Assembly (NCBI GenBank): GCA_044356215.1
Contig: JBIKWQ010000090.1
Coordinates: 1-11,400, forward strand
DNA: 11,400 nucleotides
Reading direction: 5' to 3'
Source: Bdellovibrionota bacterium
GTDB lineage: Bacteria > Bdellovibrionota_C > UBA2361 > OMII01
Shown: piece after piece, positions 1 to 7,882 of the stretch
How the letters are laid out: the number at the start of each line of letters is the position of its first letter
Position numbering within the stretch: position 1 is the first letter of the stretch
Translations under genes and position numbers: made by a program
The notes under the pieces: model-generated
What the model was told of the DNA's origin: nothing
The model's input: only the letters and a program-made list of their open reading frames with translations
The model's database searches: none

Positions 1-177
1 GATTACATACACGCCAGGGGTAAGTATTGCCTTGCTGTCCTAGGCTACCCTGGACGGCCTCGTTTAGAAAGGGGCATCGCATGAGGCCAAACCTTCCAAT
101 CCAAAAAATCCGGTGGGTAGTTACCCTGGTTTTACCTCGCTTCCTTCGGCAAGTTTTGGTAGAAGCTAAGATCCCAA

Positions 178-1647
178 ATGATGACCTCTAACCTGCCCAG
201 TAAAGCTGTACACCTTCGCGAGCAACACCCGTCGTTTCGGTACGAGAGTTTTCGGGTTACATCAACAAACAACAGCCTAGAGCTCCAGTATCACTTCTCA
301 ATCGCACCAGAGATCTCGTTTAAGCCGACACTGAATCTTCCGCTGATGCAGTCAGGTTCAGGCGAACGATTAGCGGCCGACCCCCTTGTTAATCGTTTGG
401 TGTTTTTGATCGGGATGGTGGAGCTACTATCTTACTGGAAGACCTGTTGCTCACCGACTATCGAAGTCGCCGCCGGGCCGCTCAGCCAGAACGAACTAGT
501 TTTTTGGGAGCGGCTGATCCGTAACGGCTTAGGAGAATTCTTTTATACCAACCAGATCTCTCCAAACATCGACTTTACGATCCGCGCGAATCCTGGCGAA
601 GAAGTCGCCGGTCATTCAGGAGATGGCTTGCTATCAACTAATCCCGATTCCGTTATGGTTCTCGTTGGCGGGGGAAAGGATTCGATACTAACTCTTGAAC
701 TGCTAAGAGAGTACGCAAGTGGTCGAAAAATGGATCTCACGGCGTTCGCGCTAAACCCGATCACCGCGTCCCTCAATTCGATCCAAGCCGCCGGCTATTC
801 CCCACCGTTGATCGCCACACGCCAGATCGACCCTCTACTAAGAGATCTAAATTCACGCGGATATTTAAACGGCCACACACCGTTTTCCGCTCTGCTGGCA
901 TTCGTCTCTTCACTAGTCGCTTATATCAATGGCCATCGCTACGTTTTAGCCTCAAATGAAGCCAGCGCGAGCGAGGGTAATGTTAAATTCCATGAGATAG
1001 ATATAAATCATCAATACTCAAAAAGCTTTGAGTTCGAGAGCCTATTTAGGGAATACGCGAGGAACTCGCGGATCCCCGTTGAATACTTAAGTTTCCTCCG
1101 ACCGGTCAATGAACTCCAGATCTGCGCGCTTTTTAGCGATATACCTGATCAGCATCTAGTATTTCGTAGCTGCAATCGCGAACAGACTTTAGCCGCGCGC
1201 AACAGAGCAAAGAATGGAGGCGCCTCGGGTTCAGCGCCGAACCGGTCTGGCTGGTGCGCCGATTGCCCTAAGTGCGTTTTTACTTACCTGTGCCTTAGCT
1301 GTTTTCTCCCTCAAAGCGAGCTCATTGAGATCTTTGGCGCAGATCCGAGCGCGCAAGCTAATTTCTCAAACCTCGTGGCAGAGCTCGCGGGATTAAGTGA
1401 GCACAAACCTTTTGAGTGCGTTGGCACGTATGAGGAGGTGTTAGCTTGTTTGCGATACCTCTCAGATAATTCGCTTCCGCGACGGGAAACCGCTCTAGCG
1501 TTCAAAGCACTCCTATCCTCGTCCAGTATTAAAGACAGTAAAAATATAAGTGAGCTACTGTCGGCGTGGAACAATAAACACTTCCTTCCAAGCTCATTGG
1601 AGAAGGTTCTAAAAGACGCTTTATCGCGGATCCGGCTAGCGTCTTAG
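178..1647 (+). CDS. murL: UDP-N-acetylmuramoyl-L-alanyl-L-glutamate epimerase (MurL family)
   Basis: 489 aa ORF with ELLSYWK, GLGEFFYTN, PP-loop-like GGGKDS, NGHTPFS, SNEASA, NHQYSKS, SCN...WCxxCPKC and KPFECVG motifs typical of MurL; lies immediately upstream of a MurD-family ligase. Confidence 0.88.
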   Translation: MMTSNLPSKAVHLREQHPSFRYESFRVTSTNNSLELQYHFSIAPEISFKPTLNLPLMQSGSGERLAADPLVNRLVFLIGMVELLSYWKTCCSPTIEVAAGPLSQNELVFWERLIRNGLGEFFYTNQISPNIDFTIRANPGEEVAGHSGDGLLSTNPDSVMVLVGGGKDSILTLELLREYASGRKMDLTAFALNPITASLNSIQAAGYSPPLIATRQIDPLLRDLNSRGYLNGHTPFSALLAFVSSLVAYINGHRYVLASNEASASEGNVKFHEIDINHQYSKSFEFESLFREYARNSRIPVEYLSFLRPVNELQICALFSDIPDQHLVFRSCNREQTLAARNRAKNGGASGSAPNRSGWCADCPKCVFTYLCLSCFLPQSELIEIFGADPSAQANFSNLVAELAGLSEHKPFECVGTYEEVLACLRYLSDNSLPRRETALAFKALLSSSSIKDSKNISELLSAWNNKHFLPSSLEKVLKDALSRIRLAS

Positions 1648-1657
1648 AGGCTAAGTG

Positions 1658-3046
1658 ATGATTGATCTAAAAGGAAAAGGAGTTCTTATTTTAGGATTCG
1701 GCGCCGAGGGTCGCGCCAACCTTGAATTCGCGAGAAGACAGGGAGCTAAAGAGATCGCTGTCGCGGACCAGGTGGTCGATCTATCTCTAGAGCCCGCCGA
1801 ATCAGCGGCTGTAAGCAAAATCTATCCTGGTAGTGAATGGCTCTCACAGCTACACACCTATGATGTGATCCTACGAAGCCCAGGCGTTCCTTTGAGACAT
1901 CTAGAGATAATTAGGCGAGATCATCCAGAGATCGCGATCACATCGGGAACAGATATCTTTCTTAATGCGCACGGCGCCAAAACGATCGGAATCACGGGAA
2001 CTAAGGGGAAGTCCACCACCTCTAGTTTAATTTATTCTATACTCTCGGCCGCGGGATACAACGCTAAGTTTGGCGGTAATATAGGCTTAGCCGCCGTTAA
2101 CCTGTTGGAGCAACCCGCTGATATATATGTGCTCGAGCTCTCAAGTTATCAGTTAGCTGATATCTCGAACTCGCCTAGCACGTCTCTCTTTCTCAACCTA
2201 TTTCCCGAGCACCTCGATCACCACGGCAACTTTGAAAGTTACGGTTTAGCCAAGGCCAACATCTCGCGCTTTCAGAAGGCAGGAGATCGACTTGTCTTAC
2301 CGCATGATTTTGCCGTCATTGATTCTCTAACCCACTCACATTTGGGGGATAGAATAACGTGGGGAGAACCGCGAGGCTCGGCGTGGCTTGAAGATAACGC
2401 CTATTTTTACAGAGACCCGAGCGGAATCACGCATCGTGTATGTCACGCTAATGATACGATCCTAAAGGGTCCCGGTAATAAGCGAAATATTCAAGCGGTC
2501 TTGGCAGCTCTAAGTCATTTGATGATAGCTCCAGATGTTCTTGCTCGCGTCATCACCACGTTTAAACCACTTCCTCATCGTCTGGAAAATGTGGGAACTA
2601 TAAAAGGGATCACCTTTATAAATGATTCTATATCAACTGTCCCTGAGGCAGCGATAAATGCTCTTGAGACATTCGGACGACAGGTAAAAACTGTTATTTT
2701 AGGCGGCTACGATCGCGGTGTATCTTTTAACACGTTAGCCACCTATTTAATCGCGAGCACAGAGGTCACGACCGTTATCCTATTTCCGCCGAGTGGATCA
2801 CGAATAGCGCAAACTTTACGGGAACATCCAGATTTTCAGTCACGAGGAATAAAAATATTGAGCGTGGAAACCATGTGCGACGCTATATCTCTCGCGTATA
2901 AGGAAACTCCAGTTGGGGCCGTGTGTCTTTTATCTCCCGCCTCACCAAGTTTTCCTATCTTCAAAAATTTTGAAGAGCGCGGCGCTATTTTTCGGAACGA
3001 AGTACTAAGAATTAGTGAGCGACAGGAAGAGGCCCCGATAGACTAG
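1658..3046 (+). CDS. murD: UDP-MurNAc-L-Ala:glutamate ligase, MurD2 (L-Glu-adding) type
   Basis: GxGxxG-like N-terminus (LGFGAEG), SPGVP, P-loop GITGTKGKSTT, GGNIG, ELSSYQL, EHLDHHG, PHRLE, NDSIST, LLSPAxxSF..FKNFEERG. ATG 1658 has AGAGG 7 nt upstream (track start is GTG 1655). Confidence 0.92.
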   Translation: MIDLKGKGVLILGFGAEGRANLEFARRQGAKEIAVADQVVDLSLEPAESAAVSKIYPGSEWLSQLHTYDVILRSPGVPLRHLEIIRRDHPEIAITSGTDIFLNAHGAKTIGITGTKGKSTTSSLIYSILSAAGYNAKFGGNIGLAAVNLLEQPADIYVLELSSYQLADISNSPSTSLFLNLFPEHLDHHGNFESYGLAKANISRFQKAGDRLVLPHDFAVIDSLTHSHLGDRITWGEPRGSAWLEDNAYFYRDPSGITHRVCHANDTILKGPGNKRNIQAVLAALSHLMIAPDVLARVITTFKPLPHRLENVGTIKGITFINDSISTVPEAAINALETFGRQVKTVILGGYDRGVSFNTLATYLIASTEVTTVILFPPSGSRIAQTLREHPDFQSRGIKILSVETMCDAISLAYKETPVGAVCLLSPASPSFPIFKNFEERGAIFRNEVLRISERQEEAPID

Positions 3047-3446
3047 CTATATAACTCAGCACTGATTCAACATCTTCGGCGCTGTCATCCTTAGTTACAT
3101 ATCCTACTGCCCCATAGCGTGCGACCTTCTCTGGCATGTCTGAGATCCGACTCTCGCTGCTTGCGATCACGGCTGGGCCGATCTCAGCTATCTTGGTTAA
3201 CAATCCAAGAGCAGAAGCCACCACATGCAGATCGACTAATACAACAGAGGGCTGCCATTCATTGGCTAACTTGAGCGCCTCGTCGCTCGATGAAGCGAAC
3301 TTACACTCGATCAGAAAATCGGTATTATAGACCTCGGCCGCCGCTTTTAATTGGGCGAAGTGTTCACGCTGATCATCAACGACGAGGAGCTTTACCTCCT
3401 TGCGAAGATTGAAAGCGATCTTTGTATCTGGCGGTACGTAAGCCAT
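3012..3446 (-). CDS. Stand-alone response-regulator receiver domain protein (CheY-like)
   Basis: 144 aa; LLVVDD acidic pocket, VVLVDL phosphoacceptor Asp, IASS, GAVGYVTK conserved Lys; no output domain. 3' end overlaps murD by 35 nt. Confidence 0.85.
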   Translation of the reverse strand: MAYVPPDTKIAFNLRKEVKLLVVDDQREHFAQLKAAAEVYNTDFLIECKFASSSDEALKLANEWQPSVVLVDLHVVASALGLLTKIAEIGPAVIASSESRISDMPEKVARYGAVGYVTKDDSAEDVESVLSYIASLSGPLPVAH

Positions 3447-3498
3447 CTCTTACCAAATCCTTCAGCGAATATTGCGGAACTCTCGTCCCTTGTAGTCT

Positions 3499-3525
3499 TT
3501 ATCGGCAAACGGCAACGACACTTAA
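3499..3525 (-). promoter_or_regulatory. sigma28 (FliA)-type promoter of the receiver-domain gene
   Basis: Minus strand reads TTAAGTGT-N11-GCCGATAA versus consensus TAAAGTTT-N11-GCCGATAA; perfect -10 and correct spacing, 52 nt upstream of the ATG at 3446. Confidence 0.78.
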
Positions 3526-3558
3526 ATCTAATTCTCAGAAAGCCCGAGATTCGCTTCA

Positions 3559-3611
3559 GAAAAAAACCTAGAAAAGTGAAAAAATATTATTGTTGTTTCT
3601 AGTTTTTTTTC
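3559..3611. repeat. 16-bp inverted repeat in the divergent intergenic region (candidate operator)
   Basis: GAAAAAAACCTAGAAA (3559-3574) and TTTCTAGTTTTTTTTC (3596-3611): 15/16 complementary, 21-bp spacer. Confidence 0.55.
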
Positions 3612-3618
3612 ATATCCT
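3590..3618 (+). promoter_or_regulatory. Putative sigma70 promoter of lexA-recA
   Basis: TTGTTG (3590-3595)-N17-TATCCT (3613-3618) with an A-rich upstream tract. Confidence 0.4.
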
Positions 3619-3696
3619 ATCTTCATCGCATCGAAGGCTCGAATGCTGCAGCGACTCTAAGTAGCTGTTCTTAATAAACATTTTGAGATTTAATAA

Positions 3697-4344
3697 ATGG
3701 CAGGAAAAAAGAAGCAAATAGAACGCTCCGCGTTTCAGACCAACACCCTAGCCCCCGTTCAGAGGCAAACGCTTGAATTCCTAAGGAATTTTCTAGCGGA
3801 AAAGGGCTTTGCCCCATCTCTCAAGGATATCGCTGAATTTATCGGAGTTAGATCCCCCTCTACAGCTCACTTTCACCTTGAAAGATTAGAGAACAAAGGT
3901 TTTATTCGGCGTGGCGAAGATGGGATGTTGGAGCTTCTAGATCGCGTCACCCCAGAGCTTGGACCAACAGCGGTCCCCCTCATGGGAGTTATCGCTGCTG
4001 GCCGTCCGATTGAAGCGATCGAGCAAGCAACAACTATCGAGATACCACCGAACATGATAGACGGCCGCGGAGAAGTATATTGCTTGGAGGTCAGTGGAAA
4101 CTCAATGATAGACGAGCACATCTGCGACCGAGATATAGTGGTGATCAAGAGGCAGGATACAGCTGAGGACGGTCAGATTGTGGTGGCGCTTTTGGCTGAT
4201 GGTAACGCAACTTTGAAGCGGTATCGCCGATTAAAGAACGGTCAGGTTATGCTGATACCAGCGAATCCGACCATGCAACCTATCACTGTCGACCGAGTGA
4301 GGATTCAGGGTCGACTAATCGGTGTGATACGCGAGCTTCATTAA
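3697..4344 (+). CDS. lexA: SOS repressor LexA
   Basis: Winged HTH (GFAPSLKDIA..GVRSPSTAHFHLERLENKGFIRR), Ala-Gly cleavage site (IAAGRP), Ser (GNSM)/Lys (ATLKR) dyad; adjacent to recA. Confidence 0.96.
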   Translation: MAGKKKQIERSAFQTNTLAPVQRQTLEFLRNFLAEKGFAPSLKDIAEFIGVRSPSTAHFHLERLENKGFIRRGEDGMLELLDRVTPELGPTAVPLMGVIAAGRPIEAIEQATTIEIPPNMIDGRGEVYCLEVSGNSMIDEHICDRDIVVIKRQDTAEDGQIVVALLADGNATLKRYRRLKNGQVMLIPANPTMQPITVDRVRIQGRLIGVIRELH

Positions 4345-4381
4345 GAACTAATTTTTTGTTATGACTAAATAAGGAGACAAC

Positions 4382-5512
4382 ATGGAACTATACGACAATA
4401 ATGATTCAAATGAGAATTCAGGAGAGAAGACAAAGGCATTATCTAGCGCGATTTCGCAGCTGGAGAAGAAGTACGGCAAGGGCGCGATTATGAGCCTAGG
4501 TACCTCGGTATCCGACAAGGTGGCGGCTTTCTCTTCAGGGAGCTTATCGCTCGATATAGCTCTAGGTATCGGAGGGTTTCCGCAGGGAAGAATCTGTGAG
4601 ATCTATGGACCTGAGTCGTCTGGAAAGACAACTTTGGCGCTCAGCGCCACCGCTGAAGTGCAACGCGCTGGAGGAACTGTAGTGTACATCGATGCGGAGC
4701 ATGCTCTAGACGTAACCTACGCGAAGCGTCTCGGCGTTGACACCTCGAAGCTTCTGGTCAGCCAGCCGGACTGTGGAGAACAGGCCCTGGAGATCTGCGA
4801 GGCACTCGTATCATCTAATTCTGTGGATTTAGTGGTAATCGATTCAGTAGCGGCTCTCGTACCAAGGGCTGAAATAGATGGCGAGATGGAGGATCAGCAG
4901 CCAGGTTTGCAAGCTAGGCTTATGAGCAAAGCGCTACGGAAGCTGACAGCTATCACCGCCAAGTCAAACACCACCATTATCTTCATCAACCAGATCCGTA
5001 TGAAGATCGGCGTTATGTTCGGAAGCCCAGAGACAACAACCGGTGGAAACGCCCTGAAGTTTTATGCTTCGGTTCGTCTCGATGTTCGCCGTATCGGTTC
5101 AATCAAAGATCAGAATGATGTAACTGGCAATCGTGTCCGCGTTAAGGTCGTAAAGAACAAGGTCGCCGCGCCTTTCCGCGAGGCTGAGTTCGATATCATC
5201 TTTAATGAGGGAGTAAGCTTGATGGGTGAAATCGTTGATCTCGGCGCGGAGAAAGGAATTATCGACAAAGCCGGAGCGTGGTTTAGTTTTCGCGGAGAGC
5301 GGATGGGCCAGGGGCGTGAAGGCGCCAAGCAGTTCCTTCGCGATAACCCAGAGATCGCCACGCAGATCCGCGCTCTTGTGATGGATTCATGTGCCGCCGA
5401 TAACTCTGATACCCCGGTATCAGCCGATTCAGGGGATGAGAACGAGCCAGATCTAGAAGTAGTTGGCAAATCATCAAAGAATCGCAAGAAGGCAGTCGCC
5501 GCTAACGAGTAG
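4382..5512 (+). CDS. recA: Recombinase RecA
   Basis: GPESSGKTT Walker [72 protein letters not shown] at 4371-4376. Confidence 0.99.
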   Translation: MELYDNNDSNENSGEKTKALSSAISQLEKKYGKGAIMSLGTSVSDKVAAFSSGSLSLDIALGIGGFPQGRICEIYGPESSGKTTLALSATAEVQRAGGTVVYIDAEHALDVTYAKRLGVDTSKLLVSQPDCGEQALEICEALVSSNSVDLVVIDSVAALVPRAEIDGEMEDQQPGLQARLMSKALRKLTAITAKSNTTIIFINQIRMKIGVMFGSPETTTGGNALKFYASVRLDVRRIGSIKDQNDVTGNRVRVKVVKNKVAAPFREAEFDIIFNEGVSLMGEIVDLGAEKGIIDKAGAWFSFRGERMGQGREGAKQFLRDNPEIATQIRALVMDSCAADNSDTPVSADSGDENEPDLEVVGKSSKNRKKAVAANE

Positions 5513-5520
5513 TTGCCCTG

Positions 5521-5560
5521 TTAAAAGCGCACTTCTTAGGTTTGAGGAGTGCGCTTTTAA
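5521..5560. terminator. Bidirectional intrinsic terminator between recA and the FleR-like gene
   Basis: Perfect 13-bp arms TTAAAAGCGCACT / AGTGCGCTTTTAA, extendable with G-U pairs, with a 4-U run on each strand; sits between convergent genes and overlaps the minus-strand stop codon. Confidence 0.85.
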
Positions 5561-7023
5561 CCCTCTTCCGCAGGAATATCTTCTCCACGATACTCGTGAA
5601 GTTTATTACGTAAGGTGCGGATGCTTATCCCGAGGAGCTTCGCAGCCTCAGTGCGATTGTTTCCTGTTGTTCGCAACGTCTCGAGGATTAGAGCTTTCTC
5701 CATTTCCTGAACAGTAACGCCTGGCTTGATCCCAAGACTACTCGGGTCGGCACTTATCCCCGAAGTGACCTCCCTCTCAATACTTGAATTAAGACTCGCA
5801 TTAGCAGTTGAGGTGATACGCATGCTCTCAATCTGCGCCTGTGGATTCATAGAAAGTAGGAAGTCCGCCTCGCGGGGCGTCTTACCGTGAGCTAGGATTG
5901 CCGCCCTCTGCACCGCGTTCTGTAGCTCTCGGATATTCCCTGGCCACGGGTGGTTCATTAGAGCTTCGAGCACCTCGGTTGGCAGAGCGGGAGCCTTATC
6001 TCCAAGGTACTGCCGCATGAAGTGCTCAGTGAGAAGCTTAATATCTGACCTTCTCTCACGAAGCGGCGGTAGTGTCACGGGAATCACATTTAATCGGTAG
6101 TAGAGATCAGCCCTAAACTTCCCATCTCTTACCGTCTCTTCAAGATTCCTATTGGTTGTTGCGAGAACACGAACGTCGATCGACACAGGGTCTTTACCGC
6201 CTACTCGATCAACTTCTCGCTCCTGAAGCACGCGGAGCAATTTGGCTTGCAGTCCAAGATCCATCTCTGATATTTCGTCGAGTAGGATCGTTCCTCCGTG
6301 CGCCATCTCAAACTTACCGATCTTACGGTTCTGGGCGCCGGTGAATGCTCCCTTCTCATGTCCGAAGAGCTCGCTCTCTAGCAAACTCTCGGGCAAGGCG
6401 GCGCAGTTAACAGCGACAAATGGTTGTTGAGCTCTAAAACTTGCGGAGTGAATGAACCTCGCGATTAGCTCCTTACCAGTGCCAGACTCTCCCTGAATCA
6501 AAACGGTGGCTTCGCTGCGAGCCACAGCCTCGGCTACCTCTAAAACTCTAATCATCAGGGGATCATTCGTTACGATTGGTCTGCCACTTCTTTGCTTCTG
6601 TAGTTTCTGTCTTCTAGGACCCGTCTCAGGGGCAACAACTCGCTCGACCACCCGCTCAAGGTCTGTAGCTGAAAATGGCTTCGTGATAAAATCTGCGGCC
6701 CCTAACTGCATAGCCTCAACTGCCTGGTTAATCGTTCCGTACGCCGTTATCATCACAACTGGCGTATCAATCTCTCTCTTCTGCATCGTTGTCATCAACT
6801 CGAGGCCGGACATCTGAGGCATCTGCTGATCTGTGATTACTAGATCGAAACTCTCCTGCTCAAGCTGGTCTATGGCCGCGATACCGTTACCAACGATCGT
6901 TAAGCTATAGTTATCTCGCCCTAGACAAGCCTTAATCGCCTGTTGCATATGCGGATCATCATCGGCTACTAGAATACGGGGCTTCTGAGCGTTGGCATTT
7001 TCATTTAATGATTCAGTACTCAT
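5557..7023 (-). CDS. fleR: sigma54-dependent response regulator, FleR/FlrC/FlbD-like (REC-AAA+-HTH)
   Basis: REC (ILVADDD, ITDQQMP, TAYG, KPF), [39 protein letters not shown], and a C-terminal HTH LGISIRTLRNKL typical of flagellar FlbD/FlrC/FleR. Domain architecture is secure; orthology is inferred. Confidence 0.82.
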   Translation of the reverse strand: MSTESLNENANAQKPRILVADDDPHMQQAIKACLGRDNYSLTIVGNGIAAIDQLEQESFDLVITDQQMPQMSGLELMTTMQKREIDTPVVMITAYGTINQAVEAMQLGAADFITKPFSATDLERVVERVVAPETGPRRQKLQKQRSGRPIVTNDPLMIRVLEVAEAVARSEATVLIQGESGTGKELIARFIHSASFRAQQPFVAVNCAALPESLLESELFGHEKGAFTGAQNRKIGKFEMAHGGTILLDEISEMDLGLQAKLLRVLQEREVDRVGGKDPVSIDVRVLATTNRNLEETVRDGKFRADLYYRLNVIPVTLPPLRERRSDIKLLTEHFMRQYLGDKAPALPTEVLEALMNHPWPGNIRELQNAVQRAAILAHGKTPREADFLLSMNPQAQIESMRITSTANASLNSSIEREVTSGISADPSSLGIKPGVTVQEMEKALILETLRTTGNNRTEAAKLLGISIRTLRNKLHEYRGEDIPAEEG

Positions 7024-7032
7024 AAGCTTCCC

Positions 7033-7875
7033 TTATCTGGCCTCGCCCTGCCTTGGCAGATGTATCGCGAACTCCGCTGATGGCTTATTCACTACGCTTA
7101 CAGCGCCACCGTGCGCCTCTACTATCCTGTGAACTATCGACAATCCCAGTCCAGTCCCTTCACGGCGACCAGAGGTAAAGGGCTCAAAGATGTCGTTCAT
7201 GATGTGTGGTGGAATCCCCGGACCATCATCACTAATCATGATCACTATGCCATCTGATTTAATATCATCCGCCACCTCGATAACGATCTTTCCGGCGAAC
7301 GAGACAGCTTGCAGAGCGTTCAGAATGACGTTGTACAAACACTGACGTATCCCCTGCTCATCAGCTTTAATAAATGGATTCCCAGAGAGCTTCAAATCGA
7401 AAGTCGACTGAGGGCTATATGATGCCGAGAAGTGTTGATGCAACTCCTGACAAACAGAGTGTAAGTTAATAGGCGCTACTTGAGGTCTCTTATTCTGAGC
7501 GAAATGCAGCACATTAGAGACCACGCCATCGAGACTGCGGATACCTCTCTCTACCTGATCAAGTAGTTCAAGAGCCTCAGTTCGATCTTGGAGATCTCGT
7601 CTTAACATAGACACAAAGAGTGAGATCGCTCCGAGAGGATTCCTAATCTCGTGCGCCAAACCCGCGGCCGTTTCTCCAAGTGTCGCCAGACGCTCTGATT
7701 TTTTAATCTCCTCATCTTTGCGTCGAAGCTGCTCCTGAAGCCTTTCGACCTCAGAGATGAGCTCAACGTGCCTGGACTCGAGCTTAGCTGTGCTCTCATT
7801 GAATCTCTCTATAACCCCCAATAAACTAGGAGCTGATGTTTGATTACCACCGGCTGTATCTCCCTTGCCTAGCAT
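7033..7875 (-). CDS. fleS: Cytoplasmic histidine kinase, FleS/FlrB-like, no sensor domain
   Basis: N-terminal coiled coil (ERFNESTAKLESRHVELISEVERLQEQL) resembling the FleS N-terminus; H-box AHEIRNPL, N-box NVILNALQA, DDGPG, FEPF, GTGLGL; no TM or PAS; directly upstream of the FleR-like gene. Confidence 0.75.
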   Translation of the reverse strand: MLGKGDTAGGNQTSAPSLLGVIERFNESTAKLESRHVELISEVERLQEQLRRKDEEIKKSERLATLGETAAGLAHEIRNPLGAISLFVSMLRRDLQDRTEALELLDQVERGIRSLDGVVSNVLHFAQNKRPQVAPINLHSVCQELHQHFSASYSPQSTFDLKLSGNPFIKADEQGIRQCLYNVILNALQAVSFAGKIVIEVADDIKSDGIVIMISDDGPGIPPHIMNDIFEPFTSGRREGTGLGLSIVHRIVEAHGGAVSVVNKPSAEFAIHLPRQGEAR

Positions 7876-7882
7876 AAGTTTC

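Noticed and set aside
1..82. Possible start of a divergent minus-strand gene (MRCPFLNEAVQG...) with GGAAGG upstream
   Set aside because: Only 27 codons are visible and there is no recognisable motif; cannot be supported without the adjacent sequence.
3351..3602. 83-aa plus-strand ORF
   Set aside because: TTG start, antisense to the receiver gene, and runs across the promoter region; the Lys-rich end just reflects A tracts.
5396..5403. GCCGATAA inside recA (sigma28 -10)
   Set aside because: No TAAA/TTAAG-like -35 at the required spacing, and no downstream gene in that orientation.
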